64,000 nt of DNA from Macrostomum lignano. Taxonomy: Eukaryota. The stretch lies in assembly GCA_002269645.1 (NCBI GenBank), contig NIVC01000938.1:62001-126000 (forward strand), written 5' to 3'. Below are positions 50,726 through 64,000 of this stretch, one piece after another. The notes beneath the pieces are model-generated. The model made no database searches. It was not told the DNA's origin and was given only the letters and a program-made list of their open reading frames with translations. Positions within the stretch are counted from its first letter, which is position 1. Every line of letters starts with the position of its first letter. The position numbers were made by a program, and so were the translations under genes.

Positions 50726-52185
50726 CTTGTGGCTGATCTAAATACCACAGAGAAGCTGACTGTTTATTATAATGAACTATTCGCCGAACTCAAGTTCGGT
50801 CAAAATTGTCCGACAAATTTTAAGCCGTCTCCGTATCGAGTCTTGCATCAAGCAAAAGAGCAAAAGGCAGAGGGCGCCAATTTAAAGACTTTGAAAAATG
50901 AAAAAATGGTCTGGAAACATTTTATCAAACTGTTATCAAACTGCTATCTCACTCAAGGCGCTCCTAAGGTACTCGCAGTTAGAGTAGCTAGCTTCAGACA
51001 GCAACAATCATTATCAGTTGTGTAAATTGCTAACACTATTATAAACCACTGATAGTTATCCACTGCAGCACGAACTTGGACTCGAACTTGGGTGCGATGG
51101 CCCCCACTTGAACTTGAACTCGAACAAGCGCACTGACAAAAACGGGGGAAAAAGAAATATAAAAATATTGACGCTAAAGATATATAGATTAAGCTACACT
51201 GAATTCAAAACAGAAACAGCAACAATAAGACTATCTGCGCAAGCAGTAAGTAACTTTAAAGTACGCTCGTATATTTTTAATTCAAACTTATTAGTCAATT
51301 AAATTAATATACAAGTAACGCAAATAAGGAAAGACTTGCAAATACAACAACAGTAACTAACAGTAGAATTCAGAATAAAATGCGACTGCAAATTTTCATT
51401 ATATTTTGCACTATCTAATGTTAACTCATCGTTAAATAATACCCTTGTAAAACTGTATATAACCTTGAAGCAATGCATAATTTTTTTAAATTGAAAATTT
51501 TTTATATATTTTCTCACAACTCTTAACAGTCAATAGTTTCAAGATTTAAAGAATCTCCACACGGAGTAGAAAAAGTAGAAAAACATTCCGTTAAAACTTG
51601 CTTGCGTCATTACACAACCGAAAAGTTTGTATATAACAATATAAAACCTAATCTTTTTGTCTACAAGTTAACACAAAAATAATTTGTAGCACAAGTTTTT
51701 AAAAGCAAACTTCAATTTTTTTCAATATTCATCTAGCTGCTTTAGTTAGTTACTTGTGTCTTTGGAGTTGGAGTTGAGCAGAGAATGTCTTTGGTCAAGT
51801 CTGTCTTTGATTCGCTGATGGGGAAAGAGTTGAGCCATAGACTTAATTTCACAAGGTTCTGGAGAAACACTTGTTTGCTTTAATCTAGGGAAGTGACGAT
51901 ACAGAGCTTTGTTATCACTTATGACGGTCTAAATGGGAATTCGGACAATCAAAACGGAACGCCATAGACATTCAAGCCAGGCCACAGATCACACACACAC
52001 AGGTCATGGTCATGGACTGAAGCAGTTTAGCAAAGTCTACTGAGGGAGGCTTGGCCATAGACTATAACTTTGGACATTCAATATCGGAGAAAGCCTTTCA
52101 AAACGGGAATCGGACTGAGATTTTACAGCTCTCTGTCCGTCCCTTCCCTGTTTGCTCGTCTTTGGCCTGAAAGCGACCCCATTCA

Positions 52186-52452
52186 ATGGCGCTACCAATT
52201 CGTGTAGCAGATCGCCAGCGGCTGACTGATGCGATTGAACAAAGGTCATACATTACAGGAGCTGCAAGAATCTTGCAAATCAAGAAAACAACCGCCTTTC
52301 AAAGCGCTGCCAGCTTTCGACTCGATGGCAGAGTGGAATCCCTTCCTCGCGGTGATCCGAAAGAAGGATTGTGCAAAGCCGGTCAGGAAATGAGAGAATT
52401 CTTGGTTGAGAAACTTAAAGAAAGTTCTTTCCTGACGCTAAAAAATGTCTGA
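52186..52452 (+). pseudogene. IS630/Tc1-like transposase N-terminal HTH relic
   Basis: AARILQIKKTTAF...GRVESLPRG...FLTL pattern, truncated. Confidence 0.55.
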
Positions 52453-53144
52453 ATTTTTCACTTTTAAATATATCCAGTGGCCCTGGGATATAAAAAAACA
52501 CTAAATTGGGCGAATTACCGTTTTGAATGGCTTTTTCCCATATTGATTGTCCATTTTACATGGTATGGTTGATTGGTTGTGTAGTCCCAAGCAGCCCGAG
52601 TTTGTGGCCTGGTTTGAATGCATATGGCGTGCCGTTTTGATTGTCCAAATTCCCATTCAGATCATCGAAAGCGATACAAAAGTCTGCTTACTACGTCCAA
52701 AGAATTTTAAACTGAAGCAATATGCCTATCAAATGTATTTGACTTATCAACGGAAGAGCCAGCGTGGGTTACTTACTGAATTAGCAAGTCAATATCTGGA
52801 AGACCTAAGCAGCAAATTTTTTGGAGGGGGAAATTCCGGACAGCTCAATGAGCTGAAACTGAAACAGCTTGAACAATACTAACGAGACTAAAAGTTCAAC
52901 TGAACTTCCAAAGTGACAATTAGTTTTGCTATTAAGGTCACTCCACATGTAACATTTAGTTGCTAACAAATTGTTAATTTTTGTTTCTCAGAAATCATAC
53001 ACTCCATCGAACTGAACACTGCTTGGACCATAGACTATGCGAAATTCCAGACGGAATTTCATTGATTGCCTGCCTCCAAATCCATAAACACGATCAGCCT
53101 GGAGAAGTTACTTAGTGACAATTTTCAATGTATTCATGAGTAGT

Positions 53145-55906
53145 TTAACCAACTGCAGCTTGCGACAACAGAGCCAAAATCTCGGCATTATCAGTTAGAT
53201 CCTCAGGCTTGACGGTCTCAGACTCGTCCTCAACTGAGATGTCGAATTGTCCACCAGAAGCCAGCAACAATGCGACTACAGTCTTAACGGATTCGATTGA
53301 TTGTGTAGAGGCTACGGCTGTGTGCAACGGAGTCATACCGTCACAGTCCGGTCTATTAGGATCAGATCCCAGCTTCAGCAATTCCCTACAGGCTGCTTCA
53401 TCAGCTCGATCAGCTGCCCAATGCAACAGAGTCTGACCAGCAGAGTCTGCGCTAGATTTTGCCAATTCCGGCTTGCTTTTTAACAGTGCCCGAACTCGTT
53501 CGGTTAAACCGTCTGATTTAAACAAAGTGAAAGCTTGCAAGATTTCTTTATCAATTTTATCGTCATGTTCAACATCGTTGTCGCCTTCAACACTGCCTAG
53601 CGCCGTCATTGTGCTGACTCTGGCGCCAAATGCTGCACCGCCAGCGCCGCTGTCTTTGCCAAATTTTTTATCAGAAGAAGACCAATCAGGAAAACGATCG
53701 CTGACAAAGGCTACGTACTCTGACATGGCCGTTTCTGTCGGCATTTGGCCCAACGAGTGCCAAGCGTCCCTGTTGTGATATTTATACATTTTAGTTGCTA
53801 CGTCACTTGATAATTAATAACTGATTTCTATTGGATTTATCAAGTCTCAGTACTATTTTATCCGTATCTCTAATCTCAGTTGATATCTTCATTGGGTATC
53901 TCTAATCTCAGTTGATATCTACATTGGGTATCTCTAATCTCAGTTGATATCTTCATTGGGTATCTCTAATCTCAGTTGATATCTTCATTGGGTATCTCTA
54001 ATCTCAGTTGATATCTTCATTGGGTATCTCTAATCTCAGTTGATATCTTCATTGGGTATCTCTAATCTCAGTGGATATCTTTATTGAGTATCTCTAATCT
54101 CAGTTGATATCTTCATTGGGTATCTCTAATCTCAGTTGATATCTTCATTGGGTATCTCTAATCTCAGTTGATATCTTCATTGGGTATCTCTAATCTCAGT
54201 TGATGTCTTCATTGGGTATATCTAATCTCAGTGGATATCTTTATTGAGTATCTCTAATCTCAGTTGATATCTTCATTGGGTATCTCTAATCTCAGTTGAT
54301 ATCTATATTTGGTATCTCTAATCTCAGTTGATATCTTCATTGGGTATCTCTAATCTCAGTTGATATCTACATTGGGTATCTCTAATCTCAGTTGATATCT
54401 TCATTGGGTATCTCTAATCTCAGTGGATATCTTTATTGAGTATCTCTAATCTCAGTTGATATCTTCATTGGGTATCTCTAATCTCAGTTGATATCTACAT
54501 TGGGTATCTCTAATCTCAGTTGATATCTACATTGGGTATCTCTAATCTCAGTTAATATCTTTATTGAGTATCTCTAATCTCAGTGGATATCTTTATTGAG
54601 TATCTCTAATCTCAGTTGATATCTTCATTGGGTATCTCTAATCTCAGTTGATATCTACATTGGGTATCTCTAATCTCAGTTAATATCTTCATTGGGTATC
54701 TCTAATCTCAGTTGATATCTACATTGGGTATCTCTAATCTCAGTGGATATCTTTATTGAGTATCTCTAATCTCAGTTGATATCTTCATTGGGTATCTCTA
54801 ATCTCAGTTGATATCTTCATTGGGTATCTCTAATCTCAGTTGATATCTACATTGGGTATCTCTAATCTCAGTTGATATCTACATTGGGTATCTCTAATCT
54901 CAGTTGATATCTTCATTGGGTATCTCTAATCTCAGTTGATATCTACATTGGGTATCTCTAATCTCAGTTGATATCTTTATTGAGTATCTCTAATCTCAGT
55001 GGATATCTATATTTGGTATCTCTAATCTCAGTTAATATCTACATTGGGTATCTCTAATCTCAGTTAATATCTACATTGGGTATCTCTAATCTCAGTCAAT
55101 ATCTATACTGGGTATCTATAATCTCAGTCAATATCTCTAATCTCAGTCAATATCTACATTGGGTATCTCTAATCTCAGTTAATATCTACATTGGGTATCT
55201 CTAATCTCAGTTAATATCTACATTGGGTATCTCTAATCTCAGTTAATATCTACATTGGGTATCTCTAATCTCAGTGGATATCTATATTTGGTATCTCTAA
55301 TCTCAGTTAATATCTACATTGGGTATCTCTAATCTCAGTCAATATCTATATTGGGTATCTATAATCTCAGTCAATATCTCTAATCTCAGTCAATATCTAT
55401 GATATTGGACACCTCTAAACTCAGACTAGATTCCATCGGGTAACTCGTGTTTTTTAAAAACTACTAAAAATTTAAAAAATCATTCAGACTGTTCCGGGGA
55501 CTAAAAACCCATTTAAAAGTACTTATTAAACTTGTATAAAAGCATCACTGGATATCTATTATCTAAAGTCTCCTTAAAAAATCTTACCATTTCTGTTTGC
55601 CTTGAAAATCGAAAAATCCAGGTCTCGGAATATTGCAAGGTCCGTCCAGAGCCTAAAAATTCAAAGTTTTGAACTGTTTAAAACTGAAAAATGCATTTTT
55701 CCTACTAACATAAGTAGAAGAAAACGCATTTTATAGCTGAAGAATATTACCTGCTTATATCTGGCGTAAAGATACAGCAGTTCGTCAGGCTTCAAGTTGC
55801 CAGTTGCGCTTCGAACGAACAGCGAAGCGCCTTGAAATTCTTTTTTTAAAGGCGACCAACTGTCCATTGAATCTTCGTCTTCGGAATCCAAAGGGTTACT
55901 CATCAT
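53145..55906 (-). CDS. ACBD6: Acyl-CoA-binding domain plus ankyrin repeat protein; exons 55751-55906, 55588-55652, 53145-53769; 281 aa
   Basis: LLYLYARYKQ|ALDGPCNIPRPGFFDFQGKQK|WDAW (ACB domain), then ankyrin LLHWAADR and GMTPLHTA. Phases 0 and 2 are consistent. Confidence 0.92.
53855..55400. repeat. 32-bp minisatellite TATCTCTAATCTCAGTTGATATCTTCATTGGG
   Basis: About 48 copies in ACBD6 intron 2. Confidence 0.97.
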
Positions 55907-56019
55907 TCAGCTGGAAAACAGTAATCTAATTAAAATAGGTTATTGTGAATCATAGGATTGTTTCTAGATTAGGTCAGAATTAAGTTTTCAGAAAAATATT
56001 ATGAGTGTTATTGTTACTG

Positions 56020-57230
56020 AGTCTCTAGATCAGGATTGTAAGTCTCTAGATCAGTATTGTGAGGCTCTTGATCAGTATTGTAAGTCTCTAGATCAGGATT
56101 GTCAGTCTCTAGATCAGGATTGTGAGTCTCTGAGATCAGTATTGTGAGTCTCTAGATCAGGATTGTGAGTCGCTGAGATCAGTATTGTGAGTCTCTAGAT
56201 CAGGATTGTGAGTCGCTGAGATCAGTATTGTGAGGTTCTTGATCAGTATTGTAAGTCTCTAGATCAGGATTGTAAGTCTCTAGATCAGGATTGTAAGTCT
56301 CTAGATCAGGATTGTCAGTCTCTAGATCAGGATTGTAAGTCTCTAGATCAGGATTGTAAGTCTCTAGATCAGAATTGTAAGTCTCTAGATCAGGATTGTA
56401 AGTCTCTAGATCAGGATTGTAAGTCTCTAGATCAGGATTGAGTCTCTAGATCAGGATTGTCAGTCTCTAGATCAGGATTGTAAGTCTCTAGATCAGGATT
56501 GAGTCTCTAGATCAGGATTGCAAGTCTCTAGATCAGGATTGTAAGTCTCTAGATCAGGATTGTCAGTCTCTAGATCAGTATTGTAAGTCTCTAAATCAGG
56601 ATTGTAAGTCTCTAGATCAGGATTGAGTCTCTAGATCAGGATTGTGAGTCGCTGAGATCAGTATTGTGAGGTTCTTGATCAGTATTGTAAGTCTCTAGAT
56701 CAGGATTGTAAGTCTCTAGATCAGGATTGTAAGTCTCTAGATCAGGATTGTAAGTCTCTAGATCAGTATTGTAAGTCTCTAGATCAGTATTGTAAGTCTT
56801 TAGATCAGGATTGTAAGTCTCTAGATCAGGATTGTAAGTCTCTAGATCAGGATTGTAAGTCTCTAGATCAGGATTGTAAGTCTCTAGATCAGGATTGTGA
56901 GTCTCTAGATCAGTATTGTAAGTCTCTAGATCAGGATTGTAAGTCTCTAGATCAGGATTGTAAGTCTCTAGATCAGGATTGTAAGTCTCTAGATCAGGAT
57001 TGTAAGTCTCTAGATCAGGATTGTAAGTCTCTAGATCAGGATTGTGAGTCTCTGAGATCAGTATTGTGAGGCTCTTGATCAGTATTGTAAGTCTCTAGAT
57101 CAGGATTGTAAGTCTCTAGATCAGTATTGTAAGTCTCTAGATCAGGATTGCAAGTCTCTAGATCAGGATTGTAAGTCGTTAGATCATTATTGTGAGCCTC
57201 TAGATCAGGATTGTGAGCCTCTCAATCAGG
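56020..57230. repeat. 21-bp minisatellite TCTCTAGATCAGGATTGTAAG
   Basis: Fills most of the BCS1L-ACBD6 spacer. Confidence 0.97.
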
Positions 57231-57440
57231 TTTGAGTTTCATACGCTTTAAAACTTGAAATTCTTAGTAAACAATGAAAGCAAAGGGGACTTAAGACAAA
57301 GAAAATGTTACTATTTTGTAAATCACTCAACTTTAAATATGTTCTTATATTATATTTAGCTAATTAATTATGCTACAATTGAACTAATTCAGCACTTAAG
57401 CGGCCAGAATATTAAATGCCAAATTTACAACTCCAAGCCT

Positions 57441-58456
57441 TCAAGCAGCCTCAGCAACAGTCAGGCAGTCAGTAGCCGAATCCAAAGCCGCTTTCCAATC
57501 TGATTTGTGCATTAGAAAATGTCCTTGCACTTTAGCCGGACTAATTCTGGCGCTTTCAACGCAATCAATTGAATCGCTAATTAATAATTTATTAGCAAAT
57601 TCTTTAGCCGCTTCCATACCGGCCTCGGGATAAAACCTGGCAAACATTCGGACCAGCTGATCTCGGGTGCAGTAGCCAATTCGGACGTAGAGGTCAACTC
57701 GACCTGGCCGGGTCAGAGCTGGGTCCAGCCGCTCGGGGTAATTAGTAGTCATAAACAGCAGCCGGCCCTCAGATGACGTCACCCCGTCTAAGGTGTTCAA
57801 CAGGCCGGTCAGGCTGATCCCGGGCATGCCGGAGTACCGGCTAGGCGACTCGGCTAATCTAGCTTGAGCAGCCAGAGCGGCATCGACATCTTCCAGTAGC
57901 AGAACAGACTGAGGCGGCGCGTGATTCAACAGGTGGTCCAGGCGGGCATCGTCTAAGCCGTATTCGCCCAGGTTCAGCATGCAGATTGAGCACTGGAGAG
58001 AGCCGGCCAAAGCTGTGATGAAGCTGGTCTTGCCGCAGCCGGGCGGCCCGTGCAGCAGGTATCCGCGTCGGTAGGGGACTCCGCGGTCCGTGTACCAGCG
58101 CTGGCTGGATTGGAACTCCCTGATGTCAGCCAGGAGCGATTCGGCTTGGCCAGCTGCAAGAATCACCTGCGGTTATGCATTTGTTGAGCAATGGATTATC
58201 AGGTGGACTTTAGCGTGAGGAGAGGGGATAAAGGAAAATGGGAGAGAGTAATGTAGCTTATAGTGAGTGACTAATTTTTCCCAGTTCCTTTCCGGATACT
58301 GAATTACAAATAATCAGGCATTAGAAACCGGGACTCCAACCCGCGTCTATTCAATTATCCAACTAAATGCGTTAATCTAAACGCTATCATAATATTATAA
58401 CTTTTAGCATCGATCTGCAGGTAAAAGCTGGTTCAAAAGCAATACCTGAATGTCTG

Positions 58457-58508
<52 letters not shown>

Positions 58509-58738
58509 GGCAGACAGGCAGGCAGACAGACAGAAAGACGGCAGACAGGCAGACAGACAGAAAGACAGACAGACCGGCAGACAGACAGGCAGACAGGCAG
58601 ACAGACAGAAAGACAGACAGACCGGCAGACAGACAGGCAGACAGACAGGCAGACAGACAGACAAACAGACAGGCAGACAGACAGACAGACAGACAGACAG
58701 ACAGGCAGGCAGACAGACAGAAATACAGACAGACCGGC

Positions 58739-58790
<52 letters not shown>

Positions 58791-58858
58791 CGGCAGACAG
58801 GCAGGCAGACAGACAGACAGACAGGCAGACAGACAGACCGGCAGACAGACAGACCGGC

Positions 58859-58894
<36 letters not shown>

Positions 58895-60562
58895 CGGCAG
58901 ACAGACAGGCAGACAGACAGGCAGACAGACAGGCAGACAGACAGACAGGCAGACAGACAGGCAGACAGACAGACCGGCAGACAGACAGACAGACAGACAG
59001 ACAGGCAGACAGACAGGCAGACAGGCAGACAGACAGGCAGACAGACAGGCAGACAGACAGGCAGACAGACAGGCAGACAGACAGACAGGCAGACAGACAG
59101 ACAGACAGGCAGACAGACAGACAAACACAGACTCACGGATTCAACCGGCCGCCTCCGCCTGGGATAGCCGAACGGCTCCCACTCGGCGCCCCTGGCCTTG
59201 TACACCACAGTCCAGCCCTCCCTAGCCTGGAAAGCCATCTCCCTGGCCTCGTCCAGCACCCGATCGAAGACGCCCCGACCGCGCCCGATGGCCGTCAGTC
59301 GAACCGATTCGAATGGCGACGTTTCGCCCGTTCGCTCTCGACGCATCTGGGCTTCGCGATTGCGCTCAACTCTAATCCAGGTGCCGCCGTAGCGAAAGAA
59401 ATGATTGCCAACGCTCGGCAGGTAGGAGCTCCTGTTGTTGGTGAAAGGACAGTCTTTAATATGCGTTTCTCTTTCTACTGTTATCTCTCCACTCTAACTT
59501 ATCCCTCCCTATCATATACTGTCCCTTCTTTACCTACTCTTTCATTTTCTTATCTACTCTCTCACATATTATCTACTCTCTCCTATCCTTATCCACTCTC
59601 TCCTATCCTTATCCACTCTCTCCTATCCTTATCCACTCTCTCCTATCCTTATCCACTCTCTCCTATCCTTATCTACTCTCTCCTATCCTTATCTACTCTC
59701 TCCTATCCTTATCTACTCTCTCCTATCCTTATCCACTCTCTCCTATCCTTATCTACTCTCTCCTATCCTTATCTACTCTCTCCTATCCTTATCTACTCTC
59801 TCCTATCCTTATCTACTCTCTCCTATCCTTATCTACTCTCTAACCTCCTTATCTACTATTTCCCTTCATATCTACCATCTCCTATTCTTATCTACTCTCC
59901 ATCCTCCTTATCTACTCTCAACTCTCCTTTCTTATCTACCATCTCTTATCCTTATCTAGTGAGCTCTCCTTATCTACTCTCTCCCTTCATATCTACCATC
60001 TCTTATCCTTATCTAGTGAGCTCTCCTTATCTACTCTCTCCCTTCATATCTACCATCTCTTATCCTTATCTAGTCTCTACTCTCCTTATCTACTCTCTCC
60101 CTTCATATCTACCATCTCTTATCCTTATCTAGTCTCTACTCTCCTTATCTACTCTCTCCCTTCATATCTACCATCTCTTATCCTTATCTAGTCTCTACTC
60201 TCCTTATCTACTCTCTCCCTTCATATCTACCATCTCTTATCCTTATCTAGTCACTACTCTCCTTATCTACTCTCTCCTCACTTAGTAATTATCCGGCCAC
60301 TGTCGCTCTGTTCCAGCGCAGTCTGCACGCTAACATGCTGACAATTGCCAACCCGCTTAGTGATCCACTGCAGCAGCCAAGCATAGCTGGGATCGTGGCT
60401 GGGCACTTCAAGCGTGGCCGTGTAGCGACGCCGCAAAAAAATAGCGCCCAATTGTGCGCCACGACGCAGCGCGGTGAGGCCAACTCCTACTCCGGCTAGG
60501 CCGAAACCGGCGCCAAAGTACGGATTGTCCTTAAATAGGTCGTTGAAGTAGTCTGAGACGCC
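57441..60562 (-). CDS. BCS1L: Mitochondrial AAA chaperone BCS1; exons 60282-60562, 59137-59431, 57441-58166; start codon lies upstream
   Basis: [38 protein letters not shown], Walker [30 protein letters not shown]. Phases 2 and 0 are consistent. Confidence 0.96.
58455..59130. repeat. (CAGA/CAGG)n microsatellite
   Basis: Direct inspection. Confidence 0.97.
59540..60280. repeat. CT-rich arrays: a 20-bp unit followed by a 57-bp unit
   Basis: TATCTACTCTCTCCTATCCT first, then a 57-bp period (59944 to 60001). Confidence 0.9.
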
Positions 60563-60631
60563 CTGAAGCGAGTGAAAATAACTTTGAGGTTATTTTAGTG
60601 GTAAAATAGACTCTAGTGTACAATTTTATAC

Positions 60632-60649
60632 CATAGTAAAAGAGGATTT
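60632..60649 (-). CDS. BCS1L: Candidate 18-nt BCS1L micro-exon ending in ATG
   Basis: TTCTGTTTTTTTTTTACATAG|AAATCCTCTTTTACTATG|GTATAA; a 69-nt intron to the phase-0 acceptor at 60562. Confidence 0.5.
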
Positions 60650-63129
60650 CTATGTAAAAAAAAAACAGAAGGAAATCTTCAATCAAATATACTAAAAATT
60701 ATTGCTCTATTGCAGGGATTAGCAAACTCTGGCCCACAGACAACAAACAGACATAAAATGTTCACTATGACTTTCTTTATAGCAAGGTTCAACTTTTCCT
60801 AGACCATGGTTTAGAAACTTGCCAAGGGCTATATTGCCTTCAATGAAAAAGCAGACTTTTCTATTTAAATAAAAATGCAAAAGCACTAGTCAGACACTAT
60901 TTAGATGCTTAAGCTTGTTGGTGCTATTGTGAGCTGCTTTGTGAGATATGTTAGTAAAACCACAAGAACTTTCTGATGCACTAAATAGTAAGTAATAGAT
61001 CATGGCTTTGCACTTTTCTTAAATGCATTAGACTTAATCCTACCAAATATATCAATTTCTTATAGACTATAATACCTAGTCAAACCCTAGATACACAAAA
61101 TGGCTCATGGAAAAAAATGTTTTAATAAAACTACTCTCACCTATAAGACAAAAGCAATTTAGGCCTAACTGCATTCTAATCTATTAGACAATTCTAGCAA
61201 TATTTTTATTATAATCTGTCAAGATATTTAGGAAGAATAGATCAACTACAAACTAGAATAAAATTAACTATAAAGACATGGCATACATATTCTCAAAGAT
61301 ACTGTTTTTTGGAAAAATTCTTATATGCAACTAGGTTTTCAACAGTTTACTATTATGTACATGGTGTAAGACCAAGATAGCCATATACCAAGATGGCCAC
61401 AATATTCAATTGCTATTGTATCTACTCTTTTTCTATTATTAATGACGTAGGGCTTGCTTCTGTCCTTATAAATAATTCCACAATGCCACCAAAGTTATAA
61501 CAAGGCTTTTGGCTCTCTCTAGAAATCCCACCGTTGAGACACCAAAGTTGTTACAGGGGTTATTTCTTCCTCACGACCTTACTGGTTACTACTTGCCTTC
61601 TACTAGTACTGCATGTCTACTACTTCTATTGGTAGCATATGTACTTTTATTGGTAGCATATATACTTTTATTGTACTTTCTGGCCTGAGCGGTCTTTTAG
61701 GCACTGTCTATCCTATCCTTATATTCCTCTAAAGATATTATTCTCAGTCCTGGGCATTCCTGGGATCAGAGGGTCACAGCGCACTTCGCTGGGTATTCTG
61801 CCCTGAGGTGGGTTTTTCAGACTCTAAGCCTAGATTTCTCTACACTGTGGTAGGAATTCTGCCTTCTAAAGGCGGGTTACTAGACTCCTAAGTCTAAGAT
61901 TTCTCATTCTCTGAGAACGGACTGAACTCCCAATCTTGGGGCAACTCCTATGTCACTATCTACTACTTGAAATAAGTAACACAAGTGATCACAAGCCCAA
62001 GGCTGATTTGAAGCTTGATCAATGTTCGAAACAATGGTACAAGACCAACAAACAAGAAAAGGTTCACAAGGTTATTTATTTTGGCTCCCAGCTGACTCCT
62101 ATTTATAGTAAAATTTTCCTAGTATATAAAACAAAGTATTAATACATAGAATATTTAGAATATTTTGCATATAATAAATATTTTTATATTCGCATAGTAT
62201 AACAACAGTAGTACATTTTTGAAATGCAACTTTTTCTAAGAAATTGTTATAAAAACTGGAGGCCTATTATATTAATTAGCAATTTCATAGCTATTGTTGT
62301 ATTTATTATTATGTTAATCAATCATATTTATCAATACTAATATAATAATAGATTTGAAACTAATGACCAATAATATAAAACCAATTGATATTTTTCAGTG
62401 CTTGTGCCAATTTATTCTCTATCATATATCTATCAATATCAAATCTATTACTATCAGTTTATCAAGAAACCATTGCTAGTGCTAGTGGTACTGGTAATGC
62501 TATAGAGCAAAATGGGATCAATATGCAACAAGGTATTTATTTTGTGCTAGGCTACTTGATTTATGTAGTAGATAAATATCTATAGGCCAGGCTATAATAA
62601 AAGCTAAAGCCAAAAAGAAATGATTATAATACAATATAATTCTATTTCTATCTATCTTCTTAAGACTTAAAGATCTACACCTAATAAAAATTACTACAAA
62701 TAGAAAATAAGTGAAATATGTAGACCTAGACTTATTATTATCTATTTAGACATTTAGAACTATGGCCATCTTAGTGTATGGTCCTATAGACATCTTGGTC
62801 ATGTGACATGTACACAATGTATATCAAAAAATCAATAAGTTTTTTGTATACTCTGTATAATAGCGCACATAATTTTTTTTAATATTGGTCTTGGTCTTGG
62901 TCTTTGGTCTATCAACTTTGACATTATAGATTTGATCTGACCCTTATATAAGCAAAGTGAAAAAATTGTTACATGTATATATAGCTATGTATAACATCTA
63001 GGCCTAGCCAAGCTGGCCAATTTGGTTATTTGGCAAAACACTGCAGCCAAAACAAAAAGTCACAAAAAATGCTCTCCCAAAAAAACCAATATAGTACTAC
63101 ATAGTTGGCAATGCTATGTTCCAGCCAAA

Positions 63130-63864
63130 TAGTGATGGATCGAAATTATTTTTTAAATTTAAATCGAATTTTTGGTTCCTTAGAATCAAAATTGAAATTG
63201 AAATTGAAATCAAAATCAAAATTTTTGAGCTTAACAAATTTTTACTTTTTTGCTAATCATGCAAAAAGGTTAACACCTTGCCTCTGCATGTATGAGCTTA
63301 CATGTTTTATAAAAAGTATCCTTGATATGTTTAAACTAGAATACTTAAGATTTAACTTACTTTAAAAATACAAAATAGAAAATGCTGATGTATTATGTAT
63401 TATACACTCGTACATAGAAATGTAGTAGAAGTTGTATTATACTTCACCGCTGTTTAAGCTGAAGATCTAGATACAAGTAGCCTATATCCATTTCATTAAG
63501 GTTTTAAGTCTTTAGCCAATTAAAATCCACGCCGATGAGTTCAGCCAGTGGGCATGTAGAAATTGAGGTGGGTGCAGCACAAGGCCTGGAACAGTGTGTG
63601 CCCCGCACAATCTTTTCTTGTAGAAAAGGTGATTCTCACCTTCCCACTGAGTCTTTGAACCGCACTTCCTTTCACTTCCTATAGATTTTCTTACTTGTGT
63701 AGCATGATCATCAATGTCTAAATTGTTAAAATATAACCAAAATTTTGAAATGATTTTTGATGAATAGTGTTGAAATTCAAAATCAAAATCAAAATTATTT
63801 CAATGTAAAATTAGTTTTAAAATTTGGAATATCGAAATCGAAATCGAATTTCGATCTATCACTA
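63130..63864. mobile_element. Non-autonomous hAT-type element
   Basis: TIRs TAGTGATGGATCGAAATT / AATTTCGATCTATCACTA; 8-bp flanks CAGCCAAA / TAGCCAAA (7 of 8 match); subterminal AAAATC repeats. Confidence 0.75.
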
Positions 63865-64000
63865 TAGCCAAAGTTGTCATAATTAAGACTGTTATGGGCT
63901 TAGGCCTATGTGGGTTTTCAAAAAAATAGCATTTCTCCCATGAATCTAGGACTATTTGTCTAGGCCTTACCAGACTATTTGTCTGCCCTAGGCAAATGGC

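Noticed and set aside
52547-52882. 111-aa plus-strand ORF
   Set aside because: No recognisable motif or splice context; it lies beside a transposase relic.
60803-62473. Other upstream ATG|GT candidates for BCS1L (60807 ATG|GTCTAG, 62473 ATG|GTTTCT)
   Set aside because: Poor donor consensus and no supporting exon context.

Overview
Eukaryotic (animal) genomic DNA with spliceosomal introns. Repeat load and gene style suggest a free-living flatworm such as Macrostomum, but this is inference. Six genes lie co-oriented on the minus strand: BCS1L, ACBD6, an intronless SOAT1/ACAT, NUDCD3, a TMEM272-like membrane protein and ELP1. For ELP1, 12 phase-consistent exons (1089 codons) were reconstructed, and the gene continues past position 1. 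An intronless, non-canonical class A GPCR is nested antisense in ELP1 intron 11. Fifteen of the 18 introns carry their own tandem array, which explains most ORFs in the ORF track. Mobile DNA includes an IS630/Tc1-like element with about 280-bp TIRs, piggyBac, Harbinger and hAT relics, a two-copy MITE, a two-copy tRNA-derived SINE and a CORE-SINE. The best leads are a possible spliced-leader (SL) trans-spliced operon, a BCS1L start codon supplied by a micro-exon or by the SL AUG, a minisatellite built from a functional 5' splice site, and stacked palindromes with GNA mini-hairpin cores. All homology calls come from motif recall, not from database searches.
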